Origin: Octopus sinensis
Taxonomy: Eukaryota
Direction: 5' to 3'
DNA length: 64,000 nt
Assembly (NCBI RefSeq): GCF_006345805.1
Contig: NC_043007.1
Location: 11,160,001-11,224,000 of the forward strand
In this document: positions 10,559-29,258 of the stretch, in pieces
Layout of the letters: each line of letters begins with the position of its first letter
Position numbering within the stretch: position 1 is the first letter of the stretch
Position numbers and translations under genes: made by a program
Notes under the pieces: generated by a model
Seen by the model: only the letters and a program-made list of their open reading frames with translations
Told to the model about the DNA's origin: nothing
The model's database searches: none

Positions 10559-10756
10559 ATCATCATCATCATCGTTTAACGTCCATTTTCCATGCTAGCA
10601 TGGGTTAGACGGTTCGACCAGGGATCTGGGAAGCCAGAAGGCTGCACCAGGCTCCAATCTGATCTGGCAGTATTTCTACAGCTGGATGCCCTTCCTAACG
10701 CCAACCACTCCGTGAGTGTAGTGGGTGCGTTTTACGTGCCACCGGCACAGGTGCCA
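10559..10756 (-). mobile_element. RTE-like LINE 3' tail copy
   Basis: (CAT)n and the conserved tail on the minus strand. Confidence 0.85.
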
Positions 10757-11244
10757 AACAAGGCTATGTATATATATATATATATTGAGAGAGGGAGAGA
10801 CAGATAGATACATACATATATATATATAATATATATATATATATAATTATACATATATATATATATATATATGAGTGAGAAAAGAGGAAGAAAATAAAAG
10901 CAGTAGGAGTGAAAGAGGTGGAAAGGAGCAAAGAAAGAAAGAAAAAAGTAAGGATATAATGTCAAGAGAAAAAGCAGACAAACAATAAAATAAGCTACAC
11001 AAAGCAGAGGAGGTAGCTTATACTGGGCCAACTATTTCCATAAATGTAGCCTACCATTGACAGCACCACATAAAACCACCAGACACCACCATCATCCGTC
11101 CCTCCATGACCTACAACACTACAAGTTCTTTTTAAGCCCCAAGCAGCGTCCGTCCCTGACAGTAGCTGTCACCGTCACCATCCTTCCGATAATAGAGGGC
11201 GTTGTTGCTGCTGCCACCAACATCATCCCCGTGGGTAGTAATGT

Positions 11245-16247
<5,003 letters not shown>

Positions 16248-16250
<3 letters not shown>

Positions 16251-16307
16251 CATCATCATCATCGTCGTTTAGCGTCCGTTTTCCATGCTAGCATGGGTTG
16301 GACGGTT
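16248..16307 (-). mobile_element. ~60-bp RTE tail inside the microsatellite
   Basis: (CAT)n CGTCGTTTAGCGTCCGTTTTCCATGCTAGCATGGGTTGGACGG. Confidence 0.85.
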
Positions 16308-16324
16308 ATATATTATATATATAC

Positions 16325-16359
<35 letters not shown>

Positions 16360-16825
16360 CATATATATACTATACATATACAACACATATTACATATACA
16401 TACATATATACATACATACATTATACATACATATACATATACATACATATATATACATATATATATACATATACATACATATATATATACACATATATAT
16501 ACATATATATACATATATACACATATATATACCTATATACACATATATACATATATACACTTATATATACACATATATACATATATACACTTATATATAT
16601 ACACATATACATATACACACATACATATACACATATACATATACACACATACATATACACATATATATATATACATACATATACACACATACATATACAC
16701 ACATATTATATATTATATATATATATATATACATACATAAATATACACACACACATATATATATATATCACACACATACATAAATATACACACACATATA
16801 TATACAATTATATATACACACATAC

Positions 16826-16856
<31 letters not shown>

Positions 16857-16956
16857 CATATACACACATATATATATATATATATACATACATATACACA
16901 CATATATATATATATACATATACATACATATACATATATATATATATTACATATAT
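16308..16956. repeat. CA-enriched continuation of the microsatellite tract
   Basis: TACA/CACA/TATA mosaic. Confidence 0.95.
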
Positions 16957-17221
16957 GATGGTGGTATTGTAATTGGTGGGTATGGCAACAGGAGTGGCAG
17001 CAGTAGGAACTTCTGTTGCTGAAGCAGGTGAAAAATTAGTGTGTGAGAGTAACGGAAACCTGTAGGTTGATGCTGCACTTTAAGACTTCGTTAGCACTGA
17101 ACACTCCTAATTATATGCAAGCACTCGAGCAAGCATGTGGGTGTGTCACTGACATTGACTGTGATATTGTGTGTGTATATCTATCTATTATCTCTCTCTC
17201 TTTATATATATATATATATAC

Positions 17222-17365
17222 ACTCACAGGAGTGGTTGGCGTTAGGAAGGGCATCCAGCTGTAGAAACATTGCCAAATTAGACTGAGCCTGGTGCACCTC
17301 TTGCTTCCCAGAACCCCGGTCGAACCGTCCAACCCATGCTAGCATGGAGAACGGACGTTAAACGA

Positions 17366-17370
<5 letters not shown>
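17222..17370 (+). mobile_element. RTE-like LINE 3' tail copy
   Basis: Conserved tail ending AAACGACGAT(TA)n. Confidence 0.85.
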
Positions 17371-17420
<50 letters not shown>

Positions 17421-17421
<1 letters not shown>

Positions 17422-17565
17422 AATTTTAAAGGACTGACCACTAAAAGTGGACGGTCAATATGCTAGATATAGACGTCAAAATCGCTATTTTTTACATACA
17501 AAATATACTGACATCTATATCTAGCATATTGACCGTCCACTTTTAGTGGTCAGTCCTTTAAATTT
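17421..17565. repeat. Foldback: ~57-bp near-perfect inverted repeat
   Basis: 17421-17478 versus 17509-17565; abuts (TA)n; a related diverged piece lies at ~9525-9670. Confidence 0.85.
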
Positions 17566-17772
17566 TGTATGTAAAAAATATTTTAATCTCCGGATTTCTT
17601 TAATATGCTAGGCCACTGGTTTTAATTGATTAATATCAATTTCTACCCTTATTCAATTATATATACAATTTAAAAATAAGATAAAATCTTCATAAGAATT
17701 TATCAAGTAGGTAGCGTGAAAACCTCATAAGAGAAAAAAGCCATTAATTTTTTTCCTGTAAATTTATTTTTT

Positions 17773-17909
17773 TATATTATATAGAGGGCACTATTACACA
17801 TAGATGCCACAAGCTGGGAGGGACTCTTAAAGTCAAAATAAATGTTTGACTTTTAGAGTCCCTCCCAGCATGTGGCATATATGTATAACAGTGCCCTCTA
17901 TATAATATA
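17773..17909. repeat. Foldback: ~65-bp inverted repeat with 7-bp loop
   Basis: TATATAGAGGGCAC...GGGACTCTTAAAGTCAAA / TTTGACTTTTAGAGTCCC...GTGCCCTCTATATA. Confidence 0.85.
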
Positions 17910-18123
17910 TAGTCAATTCGATGATGTCAGGTCCTCATTAGGGATGAAATAATCCAAAAATTTCAATGGTTAATCTCTATCACATACGAGGATGTGAAGA
18001 ATAAGTTAACGGTTGACGAATAATTTTTTTTACTAACTTTTCCTTCATTTATTTTATTATATAATTCTTCCCTTGCATATTTAAGTATTGTTATTTTCTT
18101 TTTGTTTAAATTTATATACTATA

Positions 18124-18493
18124 CTAGCAGTATCACCCGGCGTTGCTCGGGTTTGTAAGGGAAATAACTATAAAGCATTTTTAGAGAGTTATAGCCAAAA
18201 AATGGAAAAAAAATTATGGTAAATTTTTTTTAGTTAAAAAGGTCGAGTTGCGTCCCCTAAACAGTCTGTGGTTTGTGTTTCTGATTCTCGACCCCATGTC
18301 GAATTTATCGATTATTTTCAGAACTGGGGGAACTTTTCAAAATTTTCGCTGCGTTAGTTTTGAATTATGACATTGGGCTATGTGTGTGTCAAGTTTCATC
18401 AGAATCGGTTGAAAGCCGTGGTCAGGGTGAGGGTACAAGCAAACAGACACACAGAAACACACACAGACAAACTGCCGTTTATATATAGAGAGA
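18124..18493 (-). mobile_element. Non-autonomous Helitron-like element
   Basis: On the minus strand it starts TCTCTATATATAAA and ends with the CCCGAGCAACGCCGGG hairpin plus CTAG before T. Confidence 0.75.
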
Positions 18494-18597
18494 TATTTTT
18501 ACATAAATTTATATTTTTCTTTACTTTTTCTCTTATATCTTCTTACTTTACCTGTAGTTGTATGTTATTTTTTTTTATTTCATCTTTACATCTGTTA

Positions 18598-18712
18598 AAT
18601 CATCATCATCATCATCATCGTTTAGCGTCCGATTTTCCATGCTAGCATGGGTTGGACGGTTCTACTGGGGTCTGTGAAGCCAGAAGGCTTCATCAGGCCC
18701 TGTCAAATCTGG
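18598..18712 (-). mobile_element. RTE-like LINE 3' tail copy
   Basis: (CAT)n and the conserved tail. Confidence 0.8.
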
Positions 18713-19367
18713 TAGTACATACGCATAATGCATAATATGTTCTAACTTCTGAAAATTATATGTAATTGATCTACATCTTCCAAGGAATATGTTAACCTTT
18801 GTTGTATAAGCTCATAAAGCCCTGATGAGATCCTGCCCCCATATAATTGAAAATGATGACCAATTCTTAGCATATGACCCTACTCAAATGCTTAGAATTA
18901 TGAATCACCTAGGGGCATGAACTGAAACATATATGTAGGTTCTTGGCATCTGCCATTTCTTTTAGAGTTTCATAATTTACTAGCTCTATGACCCGGCAAC
19001 GCAGGGTCATAGTGCTAGTGCATGCATATACAGCTGCATGTGTGCGCACATACACGCGAGTACTGTCCAAATCTACGAACAATCACATACAACTAGCTGG
19101 CATTCAATTGGCGTATCAAGTTTCGAGCATTTTGATTGGGTTTTGGATAGAAAATTCACAAAAAAAAAATCACTTCTATTGATTTTTTAATGGCTTTGCG
19201 GGGTGACTGGGGAAATGTAAAGATGTGCACGACCACCCTTGGATGGTTTTGAATGACTATAGAAAGTGCCAGCCCTCTAACAGAAAAATTGTGGATTCGT
19301 ATAAAGAACACACACACAGACACACATTTTGCCATTTATATATATAGATATTTATATTAGACAATTG

Positions 19368-20285
19368 CACTGGTATGGTCATGTGTTGTGAATGAATAAT
19401 GACAGCTGTGTGAAAAAGTGTCACACCATAGCAGTTAAGGGAACCTTTGGAAGAGGTAGACCCAGGAAAACCTGGGATGAGGTGGTGAAGCAAGACCTTC
19501 AAACATTGGGTCTTACTGAGGCAATGACTAGTGACCGGGACCTTTGGAGATATGCTGTGCTTGAGAAGACCCAACAAGCCAAGTGAGACCGTAGCTCATG
19601 CCCTATGCCAGTGGATGTAACCAGCCCATTTATGAATACCCCTCGTTTATTGGACAATAAACCTTGCTTGTGAAGACATTGAGGCAAGTGAAATTAAAAT
19701 CAAAATTGCTGACGTGGCCGATGACAGTACCGCCTGACTTGCACTCGTGCCAGTGGGACGTTAAAAGCATATTCGAACGTGGGGTGTAACTGACCCACTT
19801 ATGAGTACCCCTCATTCATTGGACAATGAACTTTGCTTGCGAAGACCAATTGAGGCAATTGTAAATAAATCAAAATCGCTGACGTGGCCGATGACATTAC
19901 CGCCTGATTGGCACTGATGCCAGTGGAACGCTAAAAGCACATTACTGATGTGGCTGATGACAGTACCGCCTGATTGGCTCCTGTGCCAGTGACACGTGAA
20001 AAGCATGATCATTACCAGTGTTGCTTTACAGGCACATGTGCTGGTGGCACGTGAAAAACAACATTCAAGTGTGGCTGTTGCCAGTGCCACCAGACTGGCT
20101 CCTGTGCAGGTAGCATGTAAAAGCACCCACTACACTCTCGGAATGGTTGGCGTTAGGAAGGGCATCCAGCTGTAGAAACTTTGCCAGATCAGATTGAGCC
20201 TGGTGCAGCCTCTGGCTCACCAGTTCTCAGTCAAACCGTCCAACCCATGCCAGCATGGAAAGTGGGTGTAAAATGATGATGATGA
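19368..20285 (+). mobile_element. 5'-truncated RTE-like LINE
   Basis: ORF end ...CVKKCHTIAVKGTFGRGRPRKTWDEVVKQDL...WRYAVLEKT, duplicated UTR segments, (GAT)n tail. Confidence 0.9.
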
Positions 20286-20750
20286 GGTCCATATTACACA
20301 AAGTACAAAGACCAGAGAAAATTAAAGGGGTGGAAGAAATGTGTTATAAGTTCAGCAGCTGTTTCTGGGGACTTGGAGATCCATAATAATTTTGGAAGAC
20401 GTAGTTCATCACAATATGTGGCCTTATGGATACGATAAACATTGGACAAGACAAGTCTCCATCATCAAGATGGAGAAGATCTTACATTTCAGATCTTAAA
20501 GCAGAGAAGTTCAAAGATAGAATGATTGAATGTGAAGAGCTAGCTGTATTAGAGGGGAGAAATAGGAAAGCCGATGGGGTTGGGGGGTATTAAGGTAGAG
20601 AATGGTAAGAGGAGAAAAGATAGTTCAGGAATGAGGGTACTAGTGGAGGTAGTGCCTCCATTTTGTTGGAATTTTCTTCCCGTTTCTTTCTTTTTCTATT
20701 TAATTATTTGAATTTTATGAACTGTCTTTGGACTTTTTCTTTAATTAAAC

Positions 20751-21035
20751 ATGGCAAAGAACAAAGAATGACTTGTGGAGTGGGAGATTACAGCACCCAA
20801 AAAATGGTTGGAAGAATTTGCAAAAAAAGACGATGGCCTTGAGGACTTATGCCAAGTCCCTCGACACCATCACAGTCTTCGGAAAAAATGTAATAGAAAA
20901 AGAGTTGGAAACATATATGCCAACTATTAAATATATCTCTCGGGATAATGGGGGGGGATCAAACATGCAATGGTGTGGTTGCTATTTGACTCCCCCGAAG
21001 AGGCTTGCGAATTCGCGAGCCAGCCCCAACTGAGG
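20751..21035 (+). pseudogene. Fragment of a gag-like ORF1, homologous to 33325-34565
   Basis: LVEWEITAPKKWLEEFAKKTMALRTY...MVWLLFDSPEEA aligns by eye with LHVEWVETKLSPLQKIMDEIDKKTVVYKVY...IVVHFKTEDKA. Confidence 0.5.
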
Positions 21036-22125
21036 TAGTAATAGAAGTAAATGTGGGTTGGTACTGGAAGTGAAGCACTGATGTATGCTGAGGTGTATGA
21101 AATTGAATAGAGGGAGGTGAATAGAGAGAGAGAGAGAGGGAGGGAGGGAGAGATTGATAGAGTAGTAACCAATTGAGTGAAGTAAGAGTAAGTTTATGTA
21201 AAGCTTTCTTAGTGCATTCTACAGAAGGTTGAGATAATCCAGTTGCTACAATAAGTGCATCAACCCTGTAGAGCCCTCCAGAGAGGTTAGGGAAGTATTG
21301 CTTAATTTGGGAAAGATGGAATAGGCCAACTAGGTCAGTAACCTGGGCTGAGTCAGATGAGCCCATGTGTATATCGAAGAAATTCATAGATGAGTTGCAG
21401 GTCCAATAATTATCTTTGAAGTTAATTAGAGTTTTCCTTGCAGCCAGGATGATAACAATGTCAGGTCGAGAAATAGGTGCATACTTTCGAGTGAAGATTA
21501 AAGCTTTATTTAAGAGAAATGATCATACTGAAGAATATTAATTTGAGATGTCAAACTGAAGGAAATTGGCATGCAGTTTATAAGGAAGAGAGTGGAACCA
21601 AGTGATGACATTACCAGTAAATTCCAAAGTGGAAACTTAACATTAGTTCTATCTAACAAGGTATAGAATTTGATGGATAATGTATTGACTAATTTGACCT
21701 AAGTCTGATTTAGTGGGGCAGATCAGTCTAATAGAAGGCTCAGTGGAGAAGTTGGATTTGTAGTCTTTCAGAGTGAAGTAGGTGGGGTATATATGGTTCA
21801 GTTGTATTTAGTAAATTTAGATCAGCAATGAGCTAACAGTAGATGTTGTTAATGTCCCATGTGCATGTTGATAATTTGTATTAAGTTCCTTTGATATAAG
21901 GTTGGTAAATATTTCCAAGGGAGGGTAGTATAAATTTCCAGTCTTGTCTAAAAAGACTAGCAGGTGTGGTGAACTCGTTATCTTAGATATAATTCTGGAT
22001 ATGTCCTTCTGAAAATAATTAGATCTATTAGAGAAAATAATGCTTTTTATCATGCGTAGTAAATTTTTTTCAAAGTTATCTAGTGCAGGGTTTGGGGTTG
22101 GATTTCTGTGAGACATTTAGGACAA
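21036..22125 (-). pseudogene. Old Penelope-like RT relic
   Basis: LDNFEKNLLRMIKSI...LLVFLDKTGNLY...LLNKALIFTRKY...FFDIHMGSSDSAQVTDLVGL...GGLYRVDAL (degenerate YRDD motif). Confidence 0.75.
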
Positions 22126-22511
22126 GATTATGAAAATGTTTTGGACTGACAAAGGGCAAAAGCCCATGTTTCATTTTCATGAAACACCACATTTCACATA
22201 CAAGCATCATACATCATGCCCTTCACTCCACATTCAGCACTCACGTCTCACTCTCCTGTGCCACACTATCTGCCCTTTCTCTGAGTGAGAAACCCAACGT
22301 TGCAAAACAGAGATAACAGTTCTCCCTTAAACATTCCACCCCCTCACCTGCACTCATTATGGCTAATACCTTCAGTGTGGAAACGTAAATATACAAAAGA
22401 GAATGCAGATATACTTACATATATGACATAGTTCCCATTGCAGATATCGTTGAAGACAACTTCAGTCTGTAAAAATAATAATTCTATTACTATAACAATT
22501 ATAATCATATA

Positions 22512-22903
22512 CTAGCAGTATCGCCTGGCGTTGCTCGTGTTTGTTTCGACCCTTTAGAATTGGAATTTTTGAAAAGTAAAAATTTTGCATTATCTAGCTT
22601 GTTATTCTCTTTAAGTGGACATTTTTCTAGTTGAAATACACTGAAAAATGGCGACGCAGCAGTAAAAAAATCGTAAAAAATAGGGATTTTCATAGAAAAA
22701 AAAGCACCTTTTTGATGTAAATAATTTTTGGTCTTAAGGTGGTCCGATTTGAATGTTTTTCTTCTACAGAATGAAGAGCAAGCCTTCTTCTATCATACTC
22801 TCAATTTTGGTAAACTTGCGCGCCACAGGGTCTCAGAGGAGATAGTGTTAGTTGAAGGCTACCAAACCTGCCACACAGACAACTTCAGCTTTATATATAA
22901 AGA
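22512..22903 (-). mobile_element. Non-autonomous Helitron-like element
   Basis: 5' TCTTTATATATAAAG; 3' degenerate hairpin plus CTAG; different interior from the other copies. Confidence 0.7.
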
Positions 22904-23028
22904 TATATATATATATATACACTCACACATATACATATATACATATACATATATACATATATATATATATATACATATATACACATATACATATACATAT
23001 ATACATATATACATATACATATATACAT

Positions 23029-23060
<32 letters not shown>

Positions 23061-23082
23061 CATATATATATTATACATATAT

Positions 23083-23162
<80 letters not shown>

Positions 23163-23182
23163 CACACACATATATATATATG
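22904..23182. repeat. (TA)n/(TACA) microsatellite
   Basis: Direct reading. Confidence 0.95.
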
Positions 23183-23454
23183 GTTCAAGGGAGGCACAAG
23201 CCTATGATGAACTGCACTGAGGCAAATATTCTCATTAGATGTGGTAAACCTGACACCATCTTCATTCCTCACATACCAATTACACCATCTAATGTCTCAT
23301 ACAAATTTAAGCCCTTACCGTTTCCTATCACACTTTCTTTTGCCATGAGCATTAATAAGATCAGGGCCAAACACTAAAAGTTGCTGGATTGGAATTTGAA
23401 AAACAAACAGAAATCTATCTTTACCTACTTCAATTATTATGTTTTTCTCTTATA

Positions 23455-23640
23455 TTGGGTTGTCCGGAAAGTTCGTACTGATTTATAGTAGCTTACCTTT
23501 CGACTTATTTTAGAACATGGTTGAGTCCATAAAATAGGATTTGACAACATTTCCATTTAGAGCACAGTTTAAGCTATCTTTGCATGAAAGAAGGTTTATG
23601 TTCCGTTTTAAAGGGTTACAGAATTAACAAAGGTTATAGG
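23455..23640. mobile_element. mariner-like terminal fragment
   Basis: TA-TTGGGTTGTCCGGAAAGTTC resembles mariner TIRs; second end not found. Confidence 0.4.
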
Positions 23641-24120
23641 AACATAAACCATATCTTCAGCATGGGCGCTACGATTAACGTATAATTATGGGACAAATAC
23701 ACAGTAAATACATGTGTATAAAATACACAATATGGCTATGACCTCCATTCCTCAGAATCTGCTAACCACAACCCTGTATAAACCAGCCACATTCAAAAGT
23801 ACCCTTGGCAAAATCATCCTCTTGACTTCTTTCTCTTTACCACACTTTGGAGCATTTTATACTAAATTAACACGTTATCAAATTTTTTAACCCATCCTAC
23901 CACACATCTCCTTCAAGAAACTGTGTCACTCCGCAGGACTTCCTGAAGATCATTCACTCACCATTCCTTCTCCTCCACCTCAACCACAGGCTTTCAAGAG
24001 TTGAAATTGGACCATTTTTAATAATTGCACCAGCTACATCTTGTTAAGGCTACACCTTACTCATAGTTCTGGAAAACACACACACACATACATATATGCA
24101 TATCTATCTATCTATCTATC

Positions 24121-24171
<51 letters not shown>

Positions 24172-24172
24172 G

Positions 24173-24209
<37 letters not shown>

Positions 24210-24213
24210 ATAT

Positions 24214-24284
<71 letters not shown>

Positions 24285-24286
<2 letters not shown>

Positions 24287-24511
24287 CGAGCTGGCAGACA
24301 CGTTAGCTCGCCGGGCGGAATGCTTAGCGGTATTTCGTCTATCGTTACGTTCTGAGTTCAAATTCCACTGAGGTCGACTTTTCCTTTCATCCTTTCGGGG
24401 TCAATAAATAAAAGTACCAATTACGCACAGGGGTCGATGTAATCGACTTAATCCGTTTGTCTGTCCTTGTTTGTCCTCTCTATGTTTAGCCCCTTGTGGG
24501 CAATAAAGAAA
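24285..24511 (+). mobile_element. SINE family B
   Basis: GGCGAGCTGGCAG head, GAGTTCAAATTCC B box, CCTTTCATCCTTTCGGGGTC core. Confidence 0.85.
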
Positions 24512-24892
24512 TATATATATGTATGTATGTATGTATATATTAATGCACATATGCATACATACACAAACACACACATATAAGAAAACATATACATAGTATT
24601 TTTTCCTCATTAGTAAGATTATCCTCTGAATCAGGTACTGAATGTATGTAGGTTTTTTAATAATAGCAGAAACCTCCTCCTCATAACACACACACACACA
24701 AAGTATAAAATTGGGTTCAGAGAATCAAGTAGAACTCACAGAAAGCACCCTTACAAGGCTATTAGTTAATAGTAATTCTACTATGATGTGATTTAACTTG
24801 TTCATGCAACCCAATATCTAAGATACCCAAGTAGTAAATTATATTCAGAATCTCTCATACTTCCTGATTTTGTGATTTTATATGTATACAGA

Positions 24893-24924
<32 letters not shown>

Positions 24925-25145
24925 CACATGTATTTTGGGAGTTTTTTTTTTTTTACATCCACTTCCCTAAGGTTTTTATATAGTTGTATGGTAAATTGGA
25001 TGGAACAAGTATTTTTATGGTTGGACGGTTGTGCCTTTTTCCCCAAGGACCACTCGACGGTAACAATGTAAGGAGCAGAATATGTTGTCATTTCATTATA
25101 TTTTTGCCAGCCAGGCAAACTGGAGCAAGCAATATATATATATAT

Positions 25146-25630
25146 TCATCATCATCATCATCACCATCATCGTTTAGCGTCCGTTTTCCATGCTAGCATG
25201 GGTTGGACGGTTCTACTGGGGTCTGTGAAGCCAGAAGGCTTCATCAGGCCCAGTCAAATCTGGCAGTGTTTCTACGGCTGGATGCCCTTCCTAACGCCAA
25301 CCACTCCGTGAGTGTAGTGGGTGCTTTTTACGTGCCACCCGCACTGGTGCCAGACAGAGCTGGCAAACGGCCACGAACGGATGGTGCTTTTTATGTGCCA
25401 CCGGCACGAGGGCCAGGCGAGGCTGGCAACGGACACGAAACGGGGCGGTGCTGGCAACGGTCGCGAAACGGAAAGTTCTCTTACATGCCACCGGCACTGG
25501 TAACACATCTGCAATTTCCATTGATCGATTTCCATTGATCGATTTCGATTCTGATCCTCACTTGCCTCAACGAGGTCTTCACAAGCAGAGTTTCGACATG
25601 CCACCGGCACTGGTAGCACATCCGCAGTTT

Positions 25631-25632
<2 letters not shown>
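25146..25632 (-). mobile_element. RTE-like LINE 3' fragment
   Basis: (CAT)n tail and UTR repeat units. Confidence 0.85.
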
Positions 25633-25665
<33 letters not shown>

Positions 25666-25953
25666 CATATACATATAGAGGGGCGGGCAAACAGACATAC
25701 AGACAGACAGAGCTAGAGGAAGAGAGAGCAAGAGGAGAGACCAACAGAGAGAGAAAATGCGTGAGAGAGAGAGAGAGAGTGAAACAGAGCAAGAGGGAGA
25801 GAAAGAGAGATAGAGAAAGCAAGAAAGAGAGAGAAAGAGAGATAGACAGAGAAAGAGCTAGATAAAGAGAGAGCAAGTGAATGAAAGAAATGGCGAGGGA
25901 GAGCAAGAGAAGGAGAGAGCAAGAGAGAGAATGAAAGAAACATTAAAATGTTT

Positions 25954-26371
25954 GGATCTTTTCAGTTTGAACGGCAGTTTTTTCTAGCGGTGTCATATGA
26001 AATTGTCACCCATATTTATGACCCTAGAATTGATCTATTGCATTTCAATCTCTTTTAGGGTTAGGGTTAGGGTGGGGGGAAGGGTATATTTTTTTCTTCA
26101 CAAATGTAAATAAACCCAATCTGTTTCTTAAACAAGGGACATATTCATACGGCACAGAATGTATTTTACCTCAATAGATGTCACTGATTGGTTGAAATTG
26201 CAGAAATTGAAGAAAAAAAACAAAACAAATATCTTACAAACTATAGAATTTTCTCAATAAAGCCAAGAGAAAAAGATGTTTTATAAACACATTCTACCAG
26301 TATACAAAGTTTAAAACTTTTTAGTTACCTAGAAATTATGTTAAAAACTGCCGTTCAAACCGAAAAGATCC
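25954..26371. mobile_element. GG-ended MITE family 1 (~420 bp, ~28-bp TIR, 8-bp TSD)
   Basis: GGATCTTTTC(A/G)GTTTGAACGGCAGTTTT TIRs; TSD AAATGTTT on both sides; internal TTAGGG x3. Confidence 0.85.
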
Positions 26372-27262
26372 AAATGTTTTCTGTCAAATAAGTCAGCATT
26401 AAAACAGCAAAGCCAAATACGTGCCACCTAAATGGTTCTGTGAAAGTGCCTCATGCTCTCTTGTGATGCTGTGAAAATAACAGCAGTTTGAACTTACCTC
26501 ATTTGTTGTTTCAGTTGTATTATAATTATCTCTCTGTAACACCACTGTGTAATTCACAAAGTTCGTTACTTGTTCGGCATGAGAAAATCGTACTAGTAAG
26601 CTGTGATGATTTCTATCAACTTCTACGTTGATGTTAGATTGCCATTCTGAAATGTAAAGAAAACGGGATAACAGATTTTGTTAGAAACGGAATTCAAGTA
26701 AACTAATAAATTAATTTAGAAACTTTATCATTTTTTTGCATCCTTCATCAAAATCTTTAAAGATTTTGATAAATGATGCAATTAATTAAGATTAAGATTA
26801 ATGTAAAAAATAAATAACGCTGAAGCAAAGTAACACCAAATATACAGTGCGTGTGTTTTTATTGGCTAAACTGGCAAAATGACCATTCCTAAATACAACA
26901 ATATCTGTTTCAACACACGATTTCACATCAAAAATCTTGCAAAACAAACATTTAAAGAAACAGCATTTTGGCCTATATCTTAAGGGCTTAGAATAAATAT
27001 GTCATACCCCTATGTTTCAAAAGAGATGACCGAAAGGATTGGTCTATGAGAGGCCATACATGTTTCATTAACATCTACTTTTCCATGCTGGCATGGGCTG
27101 GTTGGGATTTGTTAAGGCAGATTTTCTACAGCCAGATACCCTTCCAGTTGCCAACCCTCGTTGTGAAATCAAAGCAAGATGATAAACCAAACGATTTACC
27201 ATTAATCCCATGAAATATTCCTGGGTCCTGCTATTACACATATATAACAGAAATATTTGTAA

Positions 27263-27650
27263 CTAGCAGTATCGCCCGGCATTGCTCGGGTTTGTAAGGG
27301 AAATAACTATATAAGCATTTTTAGAGAGTTACTTCCCTTATATAATAGCGAAAAAAATGCATGAAATGGAAAAAAAATTATGGTAAATTTTTTTTAGAAT
27401 CGTTGACTCATCGTAGACATTTTTAGAGAGTTACTTCCCTTATATAATAGCGCGAAAAAAATGCATGAAATGGAAAAAAAATTATGGTAAATTTTTTTTT
27501 AATTGTAGACTCATCGTAGACGCGCACTAATACCCAGAAGGGCTCGATATGAATCACGACTATAAGTTAAACTGCACCGCAAAATGTGGGAGTAGTTAGG
27601 AATCTAAATCATAGGAGACAGACACACAACCTCTCTTTTATATATAAAGA
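27263..27650 (-). mobile_element. Non-autonomous Helitron-like element
   Basis: Same family as 58450-58844, with an internal duplication of about 110 bp. Confidence 0.8.
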
Positions 27651-27827
27651 TATAATATTAACAAGCATTAAATCAGGCATATATACAGACAAACAGACAC
27701 AAAGAGATGAATAAAATAGCTCTTACGATATGGATAACAGTTCTTTTTCTGCAAAAGATAAAGAAAATATACAATAATAATAATAAATAAAATAAATGCA
27801 CACGTTTAAAGCCTAGCCAGGCTCATG

Positions 27828-28043
27828 GGCTCGGTTTCCCGGTTTCAATGGCGTATGTGTTCCCCAGCTGGACGGGACGCCAGTCCATCGCAGTGTTACT
27901 CATTTTTGCCAGCTGAGTGGACTGGAGCAATGTGAAATGAAGTGTTTTGCTCAAGAACACAACGCGTCACCCGGTCCAGGAATCGAAACCACAATCTTAT
28001 GATCATGATGCTGACACCCTAACCACTAAGCCACGTGCCTCCA
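27828..28043 (-). mobile_element. SINE family C-related
   Basis: Minus-strand head GTGGAGGCACGTGGCTTAGTGGTTAGGG...GGTTTCGATTCC. Confidence 0.75.
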
Positions 28044-28283
28044 CATACAATAATAATATACAATATAATAATATAATATATAAACATGCAATATACCTAC
28101 ATATATACAATACATTATTACATGCACACACATATATTTAATTCTTGTACAAGAAGCTATGTCAATACTTTGATAGATGCAACAGGTCTATGATCAGAAG
28201 GTAACTGCAGTGATTCCTTAATTCATTCAGTTGTGAAGCATTTGGCATATATGATTTCTGTAATGCTACAATGGTGAAGGCAA

Positions 28284-28615
28284 ATGGCTCAGTGGTTAGA
28301 GCATTTGGGCTTACAACTGTGAGGTTGTGAGTTCAATTCCTGGAACGAGCTGTGTTGAGTTCTTTGAGCAAGACATTATATTTTCCCATCGTTTCAGTCC
28401 ACTCAGCTGTAGGAATGATTTGTAATGTCACTGGTGCCAAGCTGTATCGGGCTTTGTCTTTCCCTTGGACAGCACTGGTGGCACGGAGAGGGGAGGCTGG
28501 TATGCATGAATTGAGTGCTGGTCTCCCTTAAATAACCTTGCCCAGACATGTGCCTTGGAGATAAACTTTCCAGGTGCAATCCCATGGTCATTCATAATTG
28601 AAGGGAGTCTTTACC
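28284..28615 (+). mobile_element. SINE family C-related
   Basis: TGGCTCAGTGGTTAGAGC...GAGTTCAATTCC...TTGAGCAAGACA. Confidence 0.75.
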
Positions 28616-28844
28616 CTTTGAAACTAGAATGGAATATTGCTTTTACAGCTGGAATGATGCTGATGTCATTGGAATGAAACCATTTGTTTGAGACTGTTTG
28701 GATATTCAACCAGTTTTGGTGGCAGTAGCTATTAGCACTGGAAGCAAACATACACATACATACACACACACACACATGTGTGTGCAGAGATATATGCATA
28801 TTGAGATGGAGGGAGAGAAGATACGACAGAGAGAGAGGCATCTT

Positions 28845-29258
<414 letters not shown>

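Noticed and set aside
17918-17950. TCGATGA...GAAA hammerhead-like string after the foldback
   Set aside because: Core altered and helices not convincing by eye.
18822-18856. CTGATGA...GAAA hammerhead-like string
   Set aside because: Helix II pairs only about 3 bp and no helix I or cleavage triplet is evident; at most a decayed relic.
20330-20620. Possible endonuclease end of the 21-22 kb PLE relic
   Set aside because: Only a weak resemblance (WISKSPETAAELITH); catalytic motifs not recognisable.
22281-22310. CTGAGTGA-GAAAC...GTTGC-AAAAC string
   Set aside because: Core length and GAAA are both wrong.
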